A DNA stretch of 64,000 bases from Candidatus Zhuqueibacterota bacterium (GCA_016783505.1 JADHWK010000001.1:62001-126000); one strand, 5' to 3'; numbered from the stretch's first letter, positions 10,598 through 22,489 are shown. Notes: a model not told the origin generated them from the sequence alone. Program-made: numbers and translations.

Positions 10598-11959
10598 TCA
10601 CTCTGGCGTCTTGATGAATCCCTCTTCCATCAGTAGCTGGATTTCCTTCCTCGCCTTCTGGATGATATTTGACGCTTTGCGAAACAGCTCCTCCCGGGTG
10701 GTCTTAATCTTGGCCACCCCCTGTTCAATAGCCTTCATTCCCACCGCCGCTGCCTCCCTGGGATAGACTTCCCATTCCTCCATTGTGGGAATAATGGATT
10801 CATCATTAAGACCTTTATCCTCAGCGCATTGGGCCAGCTCGAAGGCGGCGGCAACGCACATCTCATCGGTGATAGTGGAGGCCATCACATCCAGGGTGCC
10901 CCGGAAGATGCCGGGGAAGCCCAGTGAATTGTTGACCTGGTTGGGGAAATCCGACCGTCCCGTAGCCACGATCCGGGCCCCGGCCGCCTTGGCCTCCCAG
11001 GGCCAGATCTCAGGGATGGGATTGGCGCAAGCGAACACGATGGCATCCCCAGCCATACTTTTAACCCATTTCTTCTGAATAACACCGGGACCCGGGGTGG
11101 AGAGGGCGATCAATACATCAGCCTTCTTCATCGCCTCCGGGATTCCCCCCCTGCGCCCCTCGGCATTGGTCTTCTGACACAGCTCCCATTTCTCCTTCTC
11201 ACTATCCTTGAGATCATCCCGACCGGGATGAAGGGTCCCTTTCCTATCCACCATGATGATCTTACCCGGGTCGGCCCCAGCCTTGATTAACAGCCAGCAG
11301 ATCCTGATGTTGGAGGCCCCGGCACCCACCATGGTGATCTTCACCTCGGCCAACTCCTTACCCACAACCTTTAAGGCATTGACCAGACCGGCCAGGGTAA
11401 CCGCTGCCGTCCCCTGCTGGTCGTCGTGCCAGACGGGGATGTCTAACTCCTTACGCAGGGTGTTCAGAATGTGAAAACACTTGGGTTTGGCGATGTCCTC
11501 CAGATTAACCCCGGCGAATGTGGGCTGAATCCATTTAACCGCCTGTATGATCTCATCGGGGTCTTTAGTCTTAAGACAAAGGGGAAAAGCATCCACCCCA
11601 CCCAGGTATTTGAACAGGATGGCCTTCCCCTCCATCACCGGCAGCCCGGCCTCTGGTCCGATGTCCCCCAGCCCCAGCACCCGGCTTCCGTCGGTAACCA
11701 CCGCCACCATGTTCCATTTGCTGGTGTGCTCCAGCACCTTCTCAGGATGCTTGTGGATGTCCATGCAGGGTTCCGCTACCCCAGGGGTATACCAGATACT
11801 GAAGTCATCAAAATTCCGGATACAGCACTTGGGAATCACCTCGATCTTCCCCCGGTAAAAGGGATGCAGCCTCATAGCATCCTTGCCCGGCTTGTAGGCC
11901 TTCGCCAGAAGCTCATCGGTCGTCAATTTTTTCTCAGCCACATTAGGGTTTCCTTTCAT
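10598..11959 (-). CDS. NAD(P)-dependent malic enzyme, short form
   Basis: [32 protein letters not shown]; no PTA domain. Confidence 0.92.
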   Translation of the reverse strand: MKGNPNVAEKKLTTDELLAKAYKPGKDAMRLHPFYRGKIEVIPKCCIRNFDDFSIWYTPGVAEPCMDIHKHPEKVLEHTSKWNMVAVVTDGSRVLGLGDIGPEAGLPVMEGKAILFKYLGGVDAFPLCLKTKDPDEIIQAVKWIQPTFAGVNLEDIAKPKCFHILNTLRKELDIPVWHDDQQGTAAVTLAGLVNALKVVGKELAEVKITMVGAGASNIRICWLLIKAGADPGKIIMVDRKGTLHPGRDDLKDSEKEKWELCQKTNAEGRRGGIPEAMKKADVLIALSTPGPGVIQKKWVKSMAGDAIVFACANPIPEIWPWEAKAAGARIVATGRSDFPNQVNNSLGFPGIFRGTLDVMASTITDEMCVAAAFELAQCAEDKGLNDESIIPTMEEWEVYPREAAAVGMKAIEQGVAKIKTTREELFRKASNIIQKARKEIQLLMEEGFIKTPE

Positions 11960-12143
11960 TTAAGTTTTTTCCTTAATCCGGCGGACGGAGTTACTCATAC
12001 ACTTGGGGCACGTTCTCTCCGCGGGAACTTTTGGAGTATAAGTGGCCATAAATTCATGACCACATCGCAGGCATTCGAACTTCGCTTCCTCTGCCAATTC
12101 TCATTCCTCCGCATTTAGTCCGTTGTTTTTTCCGCAAGCATTT

Positions 12144-12287
12144 AGCCACTGAGTCACCAAGGCACAAAGGAGAAATATGAGTTTTCAAACAGTACCAGAT
12201 GGTATTAAAAGAACTATTCTATAATCTTGGTGTCTTCGCCTGCCCCGTAGGGAAGAATGACCATATTGGGGTGTCTCTGTGGCTGAA
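12144..12287. repeat. Intergenic imperfect inverted-repeat element
   Basis: AGCCACTGAGTCACCAAGGCAC at the left end pairs with GTGTCTCTGTGGCT at the right; CTTGGTG internal; nested CCCC/GGGG segment. Confidence 0.4.
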
Positions 12288-12301
12288 CTGTTGCTTTTTT
12301 C

Positions 12302-14740
12302 TTAGGCCACCTCTTTAACCTTTACCTTCATCTTGGGCTTTTCCTCAGTTAACACCTTTTTGGTAAATTCGATCTCCTCGGGGGTCACCTTCTTTCTCAG
12401 TTCCTCCAGTTCCCTCATCACCCGGGCAAACTTCTGTCCTTCAGCGGCGCTGATCCACTCCAGCTGCAGTCTCTCCGGCCGGATTCCCAGCTTTTCCAGC
12501 TTATCCCACAGCCTTTCCACCCGGCGCTGGGTCCAGGTGACGGCGTTGATATAATGGCAATCGGCAAAGTGGCATCCGGAGACCAGCACGATGGGAGCCC
12601 CCAGTCGGAACCCGTGGAGGATAAACTTCTCGTCCACCCGGCCCGAGCACATGGTGCGTATCAACCGGGAAGAGGTGGGATACTGAAGCCGGGCGGTGCC
12701 GGCGTTATCCCCCCCGGCATAGGAGCACCAGTTGCAGGCGAAGGTGAGGATCTTCTCCTCGGGCTTTTCGGCCAGGATCTGTTCAAGCTGGGCCATAATC
12801 TGGCCGTCGGTGAAGTGGCGCATGGTAATAGCATCCAGGGGACACTCGGCCCCGCAGGTGCCGCACCCGGCGCAGGCCGCCTCGATGATCATAGGATACT
12901 GATTCTTCTTCCGGTCTGGGGGGACGATGGCATGATAGGGACAGACCTTGACACACTGTCCGCAGAAGTTGCACTTCTCCTCATCCAAAACCCCAGTGAT
13001 AGCCTCAATTTTGACCCTGCCGGCGTTCAACAGGATACTGGCCCGGGCAGCAGCGGCTCCCGCCTGAGTCACAGAGTCCTTGACATCCTTGGGGAATTCG
13101 GCGCAACCGGCAAAATAGACCCCCTGGGTGGGGGCATCCACTGGCTTCAGCTTGGGATGGGATTCCAAAAGAAAACCATCGGCGGAATTGGACAGGGTGA
13201 GCAATTTCTGTATGGCCTTTCCGTCGTGGCGTGGCTCCACCCCCACCGACAGCACCACCATCGCCAGTTCGTGCTGTTCAACCTTCCCGGACAGGGTATT
13301 TTCTACCGAAAGAATAAGATTTTTTTTAACGGGGTTCTCTTCGATGTCCCCGGGAATCCCCCTGATGTATTGGACCCCTTCGGCCTTGCTCCGCTTGAAC
13401 AGGTCCTCAAATCCCTTACCAAAGGCCCGAATATCCATGTAGAATACCTTACACTGAATATCGGGATAATGGTCTTTAAGGATCAATGTGTCTTTCACGG
13501 TATTCATACAGCAGATGTTGCTGCAGAAGGGGTTCCCCCGCTTTTCCGACCGGGAACCCACGCATTGGATGAATCCCACAGTCTTCGGTATTTTTCTGTC
13601 TGTGAGCCGGATGAAGTGTCCCTCGGTGGGGCCCCCGGCGCAGATGAGTCGCTCAAACTCCATGGAGGTAATGACGTTCTCGAACCGGGTGTAGCCGAAC
13701 TCGTCCAACTCGGTGGGATCGTAGACGTCCATCCCAGTAGCCACAATAATGGTCCCCACCTCCAGGGTGATGATCTCATCCTGCATATCGTAGTCAATGC
13801 ACTGTTTCTCGCAGGCCTCCTGGCACTTGCCGCAGGCGATGGGGTTGTTACCCAGGCAATCATCCATGTTCAGAATATAAGAAGAGGGAACAGCCTGGGG
13901 AAAGGGAATGTAGATGGCCTTGCGGGATGAGAACCCCTGCTGGTATTCGTCGGGGATAGCAACGGGACAAACCTGTACACAATCGCTGCAGGCGGTGCAT
14001 TCCTTTTCATTCACATAACGGGCCTTCTTTCGCACCTTGACGGTAAAATTCCCCACGAATCCTGAGACATTTTCTATTTCGCTGTAAGCGTAAAGTTTAA
14101 TCCGAGGATGTCGACCGACATCCATCATCTTCGGTCCCAGAATTCATATGGAGCAATCCATGGTGGGGTAGGTTTTGTCCAAAGCCGCCATGATGCCCCC
14201 GATGGAGGGCTCCTTTTCCACCATGTAGACCTGATGTCCCCCATCGGCCAGGTCCAAAGCCGCCTGGATCCCTGCCACTCCACCGCCGATGACCAGCGCC
14301 GCCTTGGTGACCGGAAATTCAGCCTCCACCTGGGCCTCCAGGTATCGGGCCTTGCCCACCGCTGATCGCAACAGGTCCTTGGCTTTCTCGGTAGCCAGCT
14401 CCTTTTCGTACTGATGGACCCAGCTGCACTGCTCCCGGATGTTGGCCATCTCGAACAGGTAGGGGTTCAACCCCGCCTCGGCCACACAGTTGCGGAAGGT
14501 GGGCTCGTGGATCTTGGGGGTGCAAGAAGCCACCACCACCCGGTTGAGGCGGTGTTCAGCGATGGCCTTCTTGATCTCATTCTGACCCGGGTCAGCACAG
14601 GTGTATCGGTTACGGATCACCGCTACCACATCGGGCAGGGTTTCCGCAAACCGGGCCACCTCAGCACAGTCCACCGTGCCGGCGATGTTAAGCCCGCAGT
14701 CGCAGACAAAAACCCCAATCCGCAGTTCTTGATCGGGCAA
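12302..14740 (-). CDS. hdrA: Heterodisulfide reductase subunit A fused to C-terminal MvhD; probable selenoprotein (TGA at 14144-14146)
   Basis: ORFs 14144..14839 and 12302..14128 are in frame across [24 protein letters not shown] start at 14740 after AGGAGG; FAD motif GGGVAG, ferredoxin motifs, MvhD CNWCSYAG and [10 protein letters not shown]. Confidence 0.9.
14102..14146 (-). promoter_or_regulatory. Bacterial SECIS-like hairpin downstream of the in-frame TGA of hdrA-mvhD
   Basis: mRNA UGA-N20-GGAUGUC-GGUC-GACAUCC, with a lower CCGA/UCGG stem. Confidence 0.75.
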
Positions 14741-14965
14741 TTTTTCCACCTCCTTTAATCTTAGATAGCCCCTGATTGAAATCAGGGTCTGTTCCATGTG
14801 TAAATTGACTGAAGTCGATTTCTTAAATTTAATTGGCAATTCGACGGATTTAGAAAATTAATAGACACCGAATTTATTCGGTGGTCATAAGAGGATAAAA
14901 GAAAAACTTTGTGATAAGTTTGTTGTTGAAGCACTAGGAATAGCTTGTCGGTCTATGTTTATTCT

Positions 14966-16108
14966 TTAAATCAGGGCTTCCGCCGTTAAGGTAGCCAAGT
15001 CCTCAATTTCAATTTTCACCTCATCCGCCGCATTCTGGTCGGATTGGGCGCATTTGAAGTGAATATAGCATTTGGGACAGCCGGTCACTAAAAGGTCAGC
15101 GCCGGTCTGCTTGGCACTCCGAAGCCGACCCAGTTGAATCTGTTTGGATGTCAAATCACAGTTGGTCCAACAGCTGGTCCCGCAGCAGATGGCCATCTCC
15201 CGGCTTTTGGGCATTTCTAATAGGGTAAGCCCGGGGATCTGGGTCAACAGTTGCCGGGGAGGATCATAGATACCCAGGTGCCGACCAAGCCGACAGGGAT
15301 CTTGATAGGTAACCCCCTTTTTCAAAGCATGAAACTTAAGGGCATTATTGGCCACCTTACCCGCCAAGAATTCCGACAGATGAATGACATCAAATCCAAG
15401 CTCACCGACGTATTGGGGATAGTCCAGCTTAAAAGTCCGGTAACATTCAGGACAGGAAAACAGCACCGTCTTAGCCCCGCTTTTTTTTATCTCTGCCACA
15501 TTATGCTCGGCCAATCTCTGGAAGTTTATCATATCACCGGTCCAAAAAAGATCATGACCGCAGCACCGCTCGTTGGGCAGAAGCACGGGTTCAATTCCCA
15601 AATGGTTTAATATTTTGATTACGCTCTTGGCAATTTCTAAACTCTCCACCCCGATGTCCGAAAAGAAGACATCAAAATAGGGCAGACAGCCGACAAAATA
15701 GAGAAACTCTCCTCCCTTGCTGATCTTCAAATCAGAGGAGGCCCAATCCATCCGGTTTTGCTTCAGGTTGGAGGAGGTCATTATCTTTGTCAGGGACTGA
15801 AATACCCCCCCGTGGGAACACAGTCCCTCCTGTCCGCTACGGTTGGATTCGATCCGGGCCAGACGGGTAAACTCGGTGTAGTGAACATCTGAAGGACAGT
15901 GTACGTTGCACATACCACAGGTAAGACAGGTCCAGATCTGTCTATCAACCAATAGCTCATCGTAATGGCCCTGGATGGAACGGGTGATCATCAGGCGGGG
16001 GGAATACTGACCGCCGAATCGGGAAATGGGGCAGACGCTGGTGCACTTACCGCATTCCAAACAGTTAAACAGATTGGTCTTTTTGGCTATTTCTGTTAAA
16101 TCACCCAT
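14966..16108 (-). CDS. HdrD-like Fe-S protein (2x[4Fe-4S] plus two CCG domains)
   Basis: CLECGKCTSVCP, CLTCGMCNVHCP, ERCCG, DPCRLGR, ICCG; ATG at 16108. Confidence 0.85.
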   Translation of the reverse strand: MGDLTEIAKKTNLFNCLECGKCTSVCPISRFGGQYSPRLMITRSIQGHYDELLVDRQIWTCLTCGMCNVHCPSDVHYTEFTRLARIESNRSGQEGLCSHGGVFQSLTKIMTSSNLKQNRMDWASSDLKISKGGEFLYFVGCLPYFDVFFSDIGVESLEIAKSVIKILNHLGIEPVLLPNERCCGHDLFWTGDMINFQRLAEHNVAEIKKSGAKTVLFSCPECYRTFKLDYPQYVGELGFDVIHLSEFLAGKVANNALKFHALKKGVTYQDPCRLGRHLGIYDPPRQLLTQIPGLTLLEMPKSREMAICCGTSCWTNCDLTSKQIQLGRLRSAKQTGADLLVTGCPKCYIHFKCAQSDQNAADEVKIEIEDLATLTAEALI

Positions 16109-16112
16109 ATTA

Positions 16113-16556
16113 TTATTTAGTTTTTTCTGATACCAGCGGACTGGGCCCCAGTTGGGTAACCTCGTCCACGAATTCGTCAATTATCTGCCCCCAGCGGGTC
16201 CCTTCGGCCGCTGAAATCCATTCCAACCGCAACCGCTTCTCCTCGAGACCCAGAAGTCGGATCATCTTCTTGGTTTTTTCAAACAGCTCTACGGCTCGCT
16301 CGTTGCCGAATATATAGTGGCAGTCCCCGAAGTGACACCCGGAGACCAGTACCCCATCGGCCCCGAGTTGAAAGGCTTTTAGGATGAACCCGGGTTTTAC
16401 CCTGCCGGAGCACATGGTGCGAATGACCCGGAAGTGGGGGGAATACTGAATCCGGTTTACCCCGGCGTTATCGGCCCCGGCGTAGGAACACCAGTTGCAG
16501 GCAAAGGCCACGATTTTGGGGTGAAACCCATTTTTTTTAATCTTCTTCTGAGCCAT
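16113..16556 (-). CDS. mvhD: MvhD-family [2Fe-2S] subunit
   Basis: [36 protein letters not shown]. Confidence 0.93.
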   Translation of the reverse strand: MAQKKIKKNGFHPKIVAFACNWCSYAGADNAGVNRIQYSPHFRVIRTMCSGRVKPGFILKAFQLGADGVLVSGCHFGDCHYIFGNERAVELFEKTKKMIRLLGLEEKRLRLEWISAAEGTRWGQIIDEFVDEVTQLGPSPLVSEKTK

Positions 16557-16574
16557 ATAAATCCTTAAACACAA

Positions 16575-19500
16575 TCAGGCTACCTCTTGAAACAAAGACT
16601 CGATCATGGAGGTAATCTGCCGATCGGTGAAGTGCTTGGCGGAGATGGCTTCGGTAGGACACCAGGCGGCGCAGGTGCCGCAGCCCTTGCATAGGGCCTC
16701 ATTGATCTTGGAAACGAAGATCCCAGGGGATCTCTCCACCAGTTCCGGGGCGTTGAACTGACAGATGGCCACACACTTCCCGCACCCCCGACACAACATC
16801 TCGTCCACTTCACATACGGTGGGCTCCAAAGCAATCGTTTCTTTACAAACTAGGGTGGTAGCTTTCCCCGCTGCTGCAGCCGCTTGAGCCATAGTATCAG
16901 CCAGGTCCTTAGGCCCTTGGATACAGCCGGCCAGAAAGATCCCCTCGGTGGTCGTCTCCACCGGGCCCAGCTTGGGATGACGTTCCATAAAAAAACGGTC
17001 CGGCGAACGGGGCACCTTCAGCATCTCCTGAAGCCGTGTCATATCGGGCTCCCTGGGGACCATCCCTGCTGCCAAGACCACCGCATCCACCTCTACTTCC
17101 ACCTTTTCCCCCAGCATAGAATCGAAAGCTTCCACGCCTTGGGCTAATTTTTTTCCCAGGATTTTCGGTTTCTCAGCATCGGGCACCCGGATGAATAGTA
17201 CCCCCATTCCCCGGACCTTCTGATACATTTCCTCAGCCCCATGACCCACCATCCTCATGTCCCGGTAGAATACGGCCACATCCACCCCTTTCTCCCGGAG
17301 GGCGATAGCCTGCTTCACCGTGGTGGGACAGCAGAAGCGGGAACAGGCTGGGTTCTTCTCCGGATCCCTGGAGCCGACGCATTGGATGAAAGCAACTCTT
17401 TTTACCCCCTGACCTTTTATTTTTATTTCCGACTCTTGCCTGGCCAGAATTCCTTCCAGTTCAAGATTGGTCAACACATTGGACATCTTCCCATAGCCGT
17501 ATTCCCGTTGGGGACGGTATACATCGGCACCCGCAGCCAGAATAATCGAGCCCACCTTGAAAGTCCCTTTGGTGGTGATGACTTCGAAATTACCCACATA
17601 CCCTTTGACATCGGTCACTTCCGTCTTCGTTAAGACGTTTACCCCACTGGCCTTCAACTGTCCCAATTTTTCCTGGAGCAGTTCACGAGCCAGCCGGCCT
17701 TCTGGATACAACCGATGCAGATCCCTAAGCCGTCCCCCCAAACCCTTTTCTTTCTCTACCAAATGAACAGTAAACCCCTGGGCTTTCAGGTCCAGGGTCG
17801 ACTGAATGCCGGCCATGCCCCCTCCGATCACCAGGGTTTCGGGCTGCATCCCAATCTTTTTCACCCGTAGGGGTTGAAGCCACTGGGCCCGGGCGCAAGC
17901 CATCCGAAGCAGGTCATGGGCTTTTTGGTTGGCAAAATCCGGCTCTAAGGAATGAACCCAGGAGCACTGGTCCCTCACGTTGACCATCTCGAAAAGGTAG
18001 GGGTTAAAACCCACCCGGGCGCAGCTCTCCCGGAAGATGGGCTCGTGAGTTCTCGGGGTGCAGGCGGCGGCCACCACCCTGTTTAAGCCCTTCTCGACGA
18101 TCATCTTCTGAATTTCTTTTTGCCCCCCATCAGAGCACAGAAAAAGGTCGTCCTGAACATGAACTACATGAGGGATGTTCTTCGCATATTCCTGTAGGTG
18201 GTCAATGTCCAGCACCCCGGCGATGTTAATCCCGCAGTGGCAGAGGAAGACCCCGATCCGGGGCGGTCCATCGGTGCTGATCTGGGGAATCTCTTCCTCA
18301 ACCTCGGGAAGCCGGTCCTCGGCCAGGTGTTTTCCCGCCTCGGCCGCCGCCCCCGTCCCCTGGGCCACCGAGTCGGGAATATCCTCAGGGCCGCGGGCGC
18401 AGCCGCACAGGTAGATCCCCTCCCGGGTGGAGGAGAGAAATTGGCCATCCTCCCCCCTGTTTTGAAAATAACCGTCGCTATTTAATTTGATGCCCAGAAC
18501 CTTAGCCAATCGCTCCGTCCCCCCCGGTGGTCTCCCCGCCGAGGCCAGCACTACTAGATCCGCCCTTATCCGCTCAGGTTTTCCTGTAAGGGTATCCTCA
18601 ACATAGAGGATTAGATCACGAGTCCCGGGTTCCTCGATAATCTTAGAGGGCTTTCCCCGAAAATATTTGATATATGGGAATTGCCGGGAACGATTGTAGA
18701 GCTCCTCGTAACCCTTCCCTGAGGCACGGATATCGCTGTAGAAAATAGTAATTTCCTCAACGTCCGGCTCATGATCCTTGGCCAGCATGGCGTCCTTGAC
18801 TGAGTTCATACAGCAGAAGCGGGAACAGTAAAGACAGTCGTTCTCCCCCCGGGCGCCCACACACTGGACGAAGGCGATCTTCTTGGGAATCTTGCCATCT
18901 GTAGGCCTGATGACATGACCCTTGGTGGGTCCTGATGCGTTGAGCAGGCGTTCAAATTCCAGTCCTGTGAGGATATTGGGGGAAAGACTGTATCCATAGG
19001 TCTTCATCAGGTATGGATCAAAAACATCCAATCCGGTGGCCACGATAATTGACCCTACCTGAAGAACTACATCCTCAGGGGTCATATCATAGTCAATGGC
19101 GTCCCGCTCGCACTGACGGCTGCAGTTTTCGCAGACGATAAAATCACCGTTCAGGCAGTTTTGGCAATCAATAACATAGACATTGGGCACCGCCTGGGAG
19201 AAGGGAGAATAGATGGCCTTACGGGCACCCAGCCCCAGGTCAAATTCGTTGGGCACCACTACCGGACAGGCCTGGGCACAATCCCCGCAGCCGGTACACA
19301 AATCCTCGAACACCCCCCTGGGGTGCCTGCGGACGGTAATCAGAAAATCCCCCGCCCCTCCATCCACCCTGGTAACCTCAGATAAGGTCAGAAGTTCAAT
19401 GTTGGGATGCCGACCGGCATCCATCATCTTCGGCCCCAGGATTCATATGGAGCAGTCCATGGTGGGGAAGGTCTTATCCAGTTGGGCCATCCGCCCCCCC

Positions 19501-19622
19501 AGGCTGGGGGAGCGCTCCACCAGATAGACCTTGATCCTGGAGTTAGCCAGGTCTAAAGCCGCTTGAATCCCGGCTATCCCTCCCCCGACGACAAGAACAC
19601 CTTTTGTTGTTTTGTCTTCCAT
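16575..19622 (-). CDS. hdrA: Tandem (double-FAD) HdrA-like protein; probable selenoprotein (TGA at 19443-19445)
   Basis: ORFs 19443..19667 and 16575..19427 are in frame across [21 protein letters not shown]; two GGGxAG FAD motifs, internal IGVFLCHCG domain, ferredoxin motifs. Confidence 0.88.
19405..19445 (-). promoter_or_regulatory. Bacterial SECIS-like hairpin of the second hdrA
   Basis: mRNA UGA-N20-GGAUGCC-GGUC-GGCAUCC; same spacing and loop as the first copy, with a compensatory pair. Confidence 0.75.
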
Positions 19623-19638
19623 TTTTCCCGATTGTAAT

Positions 19639-20526
19639 TTACCCCGCAACCGCCCCCAATTTTTCAATCAGCTTCGGGGCTTTAATCTTGTGCCAGTGCA
19701 GACCCATATCCTCGGGGTTAAAGCCCTGTGCTAAGGCCAGCAATTGAAAGTAATAGATTATCGGGATGTCAAATCTTTTACCAAACTTGCGGGCCAGCTT
19801 TAGCTGACCCAGATCGTATTCATCAAAACAGGTAGGGCAGATCAGGCCCATGCAGTCCACATTCAATTTTTCCACCGATGCCAGCACATCATAGGTCATC
19901 TGGGCGGGCATCTCCTCGTCCATACAGGCCTTTCCGCAGCAGAGGACCCGTTCCTGGTGGGATACGGGCTCGGCCCCGATAGCGGCCACCAGGTCCTCCA
20001 AAATGGTGGGCCGGTCGGGATCATCAACCGACATCACCCGACTTGGCTTAAGCAGATGGCAGCCGTAATGGATGGCCACCCTCATTCCCTCTAAGGGGCG
20101 GGTTACCGACTGGGCAACCTTATCAATTCCCAAATCATCGCGGATGACGGTAACGATGTGCCTGACTCTGATTGTCCCCCTAAAGGTTCTTCCGATCCTC
20201 TGCAACCTCCTGTTCACCCTGGCCTTCAGTTTGGGATCCCCGGTCAGCAGGTGACGGGTCTCGGATAAAGTCGCCGTGCATCCGCTGCACATGGTGACCA
20301 AGTCCAATCCAGCCTCTTCGGCTAAGCAGAGGTTACGGGCCGCCAGGGTCAGCCAGGTCAATTTGTCCGATGATTTAAAATAGATGGGATCGGGACAGCA
20401 GGAAAACCCCTCTACATCCACCAGTTCGATCCCCAGCCTGGGCAGGGTCTTCCGAACTGCCGCTTCAAACTGGGGGTATTTGGCTGAGATCATGCAGCCG
20501 AAAAAGGGGATGTATCTCAAGTTCAT
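19639..20526 (-). CDS. hdrB: Heterodisulfide reductase subunit B
   Basis: FFGC, SCCP, TMCSGC, HYGCH, LCCG, CPTC motifs; ATG at 20526. Confidence 0.9.
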   Translation of the reverse strand: MNLRYIPFFGCMISAKYPQFEAAVRKTLPRLGIELVDVEGFSCCPDPIYFKSSDKLTWLTLAARNLCLAEEAGLDLVTMCSGCTATLSETRHLLTGDPKLKARVNRRLQRIGRTFRGTIRVRHIVTVIRDDLGIDKVAQSVTRPLEGMRVAIHYGCHLLKPSRVMSVDDPDRPTILEDLVAAIGAEPVSHQERVLCCGKACMDEEMPAQMTYDVLASVEKLNVDCMGLICPTCFDEYDLGQLKLARKFGKRFDIPIIYYFQLLALAQGFNPEDMGLHWHKIKAPKLIEKLGAVAG

Positions 20527-20533
20527 GACTATC

Positions 20534-21004
20534 TCAATGAAATCGGGTCTGCATGAGCTTTCGAATCTCGTCCATGGGAACATCACCCATTTTTTCAAGA
20601 CCCATTTCCCCCCGCCGCCGGTCTACAACAGAGGTCAGCACCACTGTCCGTCCCGTCTCCTGGACCGCCTTAACCATATCGTTCACCTGTTGGGGATTGG
20701 TCCTGGCCTTATGGGTCATATTCTTCAGCGCCATGATCACCTCTACCGGCCGCACGTCCTGGGGACAGCGCTCATAGCAGTTGTAACAGTTGGTGCACTC
20801 CCAGATGACCGAGTCCTCCGCCAGCAGGGGATCGGCCTGACCGAGGATGGCCTGGAGCATAATCCGACGGGGATTGAATCGGGGGGAATAGCGGGCCGCC
20901 GGGCAGTCCCCCACACAGGCCCCGCATTGAAAACAATAGGAGTGCAGTTCCCCCCCGATCATGGCATTCAACTTTTTCCTGAAATTGAAATCTATCTTTG
21001 CCAT
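20534..21004 (-). CDS. hdrC: Heterodisulfide reductase subunit C
   Basis: CFQCGACVGDCP and WECTNCYNCYERCP. Confidence 0.9.
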   Translation of the reverse strand: MAKIDFNFRKKLNAMIGGELHSYCFQCGACVGDCPAARYSPRFNPRRIMLQAILGQADPLLAEDSVIWECTNCYNCYERCPQDVRPVEVIMALKNMTHKARTNPQQVNDMVKAVQETGRTVVLTSVVDRRRGEMGLEKMGDVPMDEIRKLMQTRFH

Positions 21005-21019
21005 TAATTACCACCAGAC

Positions 21020-21213
21020 ATCTATCGTTACGCATATCTGAAGTTTTCATCCCGACTTTAACAGAATGAATTTTTATTATCAGATAAGCGTGTTTAAATC
21101 AATTTCGCCTAAATCTTCATCAAATTAAGGGATGAAAATTTGGGTGAAGAAATTTTTTGTTCCTTAATGTCTAATAAATGAAAAATTTCTGAACCAGATA
21201 TGCCTTGTTATGT
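21020..21213 (-). repeat. attC-like site A (degenerate R' box) closing the Fic cassette
   Basis: R'' ACATAAC (minus strand, 21207-21213); shared motifs GCATATCTGAAGT, ATTTGGGTGAAG, CTGAACCAGATATGC; internal stems TTTCATCCC/GGGATGAAA and AGAAATTTTT/AAAAATTTCT. Confidence 0.65.
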
Positions 21214-21340
21214 GATGTAAATTTTTTATCCTCGATTTTTAGTTGATAGCATTTTTATCTCGTAAAGAAAATTTGATTTCTTCCGTTTTGGCGAGGGGTA
21301 GAGGGGCTGGGGGTTAATGCCCCGAGCCAAAACACCTTTA

Positions 21341-22489
21341 TTATTCGTTGTCAATAAAAATATCAACATATTCCTTATACATGTAGGATTGGCCGTATTT
21401 CTTGTCTTTATCTTTGGGCAATAGAATTCCTATTTTAATAAATCGATCAATGACAGTTTGTGCTCCAGCGCGTGTAAATCCTGTCCAAGTCTGAATAACG
21501 TTATTATTTACAATTGGCTGGCTGTAAAGTTTTGGTAAAATAATAGCGGCGCTTTCTGAAGCACGTTTTCCTAGTTTTTGAATTTTTGTCATATCTCTTT
21601 CTCTCAGTAATGTTATTTTATCTACAATATTAATAGCTTCATTGGAAATTTCAATCACGCCATCAAGAAAAAAATCAATCCAATCAGACACATTTCCGTT
21701 GTGATATCCAAATAATTTTTCGTAATAAAGTTTTTGATGTTTTTTAAAGAAAGACGATAAAAACAAGACGGGCCTTTCTAGGTAGCCTTCTTTCCAAAGA
21801 TAAAAGGTGATTAACATTCTACCAGTCCTACCATTACCGTCTAAGAACGGATGGATTGTCTCAAATTGCGCATGAATTATTCCCGCCTTGATTATAGTTA
21901 GTATAGTGTCATCAGTATGTATAAATTTTTCAAGATCGTTGAGCGCTCTTTGCATATCATCAACGGGCGGAGGTACAAAGCGGGCGTTATCCGGACGAGT
22001 ACCACCAATCCAATTTTGACTTTTGCGAAATTGGCCTGGATCAGGAAAATGAGTAGAACGTGCTTTATACATAAGTTGTTTGTGTAATTCTCGTATAAAT
22101 CGAAGTGCCATCGGAAAGTTATTCGTTGTTACTCTTTTTATCCCGTAATTAAGTGCTTTGATGTAGTGCAATATATCGTCAACGTCTTCTGGTATGTTTG
22201 TTTTTATTTTTATTTCAGCTTCAATGGCATTAATCATTGTTGCCATCGTACCCTCGATTTGGCTCGAGGAAGCAGCATCTTTTCTTAGATACATCAAAAG
22301 AAAAAAATCGGCATCAGGCAGAAGTTTTGTAATGCCATCAAGCTTGCCGAGTAATCGAGTTGCCTTGTCGTTATTTTTAAAAGTTTTTGGATCAAAACCA
22401 AAACCTTCCTTCGGTGGAAAAGGATTTGGAATAAAGGCTTTAAACCCGTCTTTTTGTTCAATGTTTGTGCCAATTTTAATATTTTTCAT
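21341..22489 (-). CDS. Fic family AMPylase (cassette-borne)
   Basis: HPFLDGNGRTGR catalytic motif; SSQIEG inhibitory motif; FIPNPFPP N-terminus. Confidence 0.93.
   Translation of the reverse strand: MKNIKIGTNIEQKDGFKAFIPNPFPPKEGFGFDPKTFKNNDKATRLLGKLDGITKLLPDADFFLLMYLRKDAASSSQIEGTMATMINAIEAEIKIKTNIPEDVDDILHYIKALNYGIKRVTTNNFPMALRFIRELHKQLMYKARSTHFPDPGQFRKSQNWIGGTRPDNARFVPPPVDDMQRALNDLEKFIHTDDTILTIIKAGIIHAQFETIHPFLDGNGRTGRMLITFYLWKEGYLERPVLFLSSFFKKHQKLYYEKLFGYHNGNVSDWIDFFLDGVIEISNEAINIVDKITLLRERDMTKIQKLGKRASESAAIILPKLYSQPIVNNNVIQTWTGFTRAGAQTVIDRFIKIGILLPKDKDKKYGQSYMYKEYVDIFIDNE

Noticed and set aside
12302-21004. Methanogenesis or sulfate reduction inferred from the hdr genes
   Set aside because: No mcr, dsr, apr or sat genes are in the window, and Hdr complexes are widespread in fermenting bacteria
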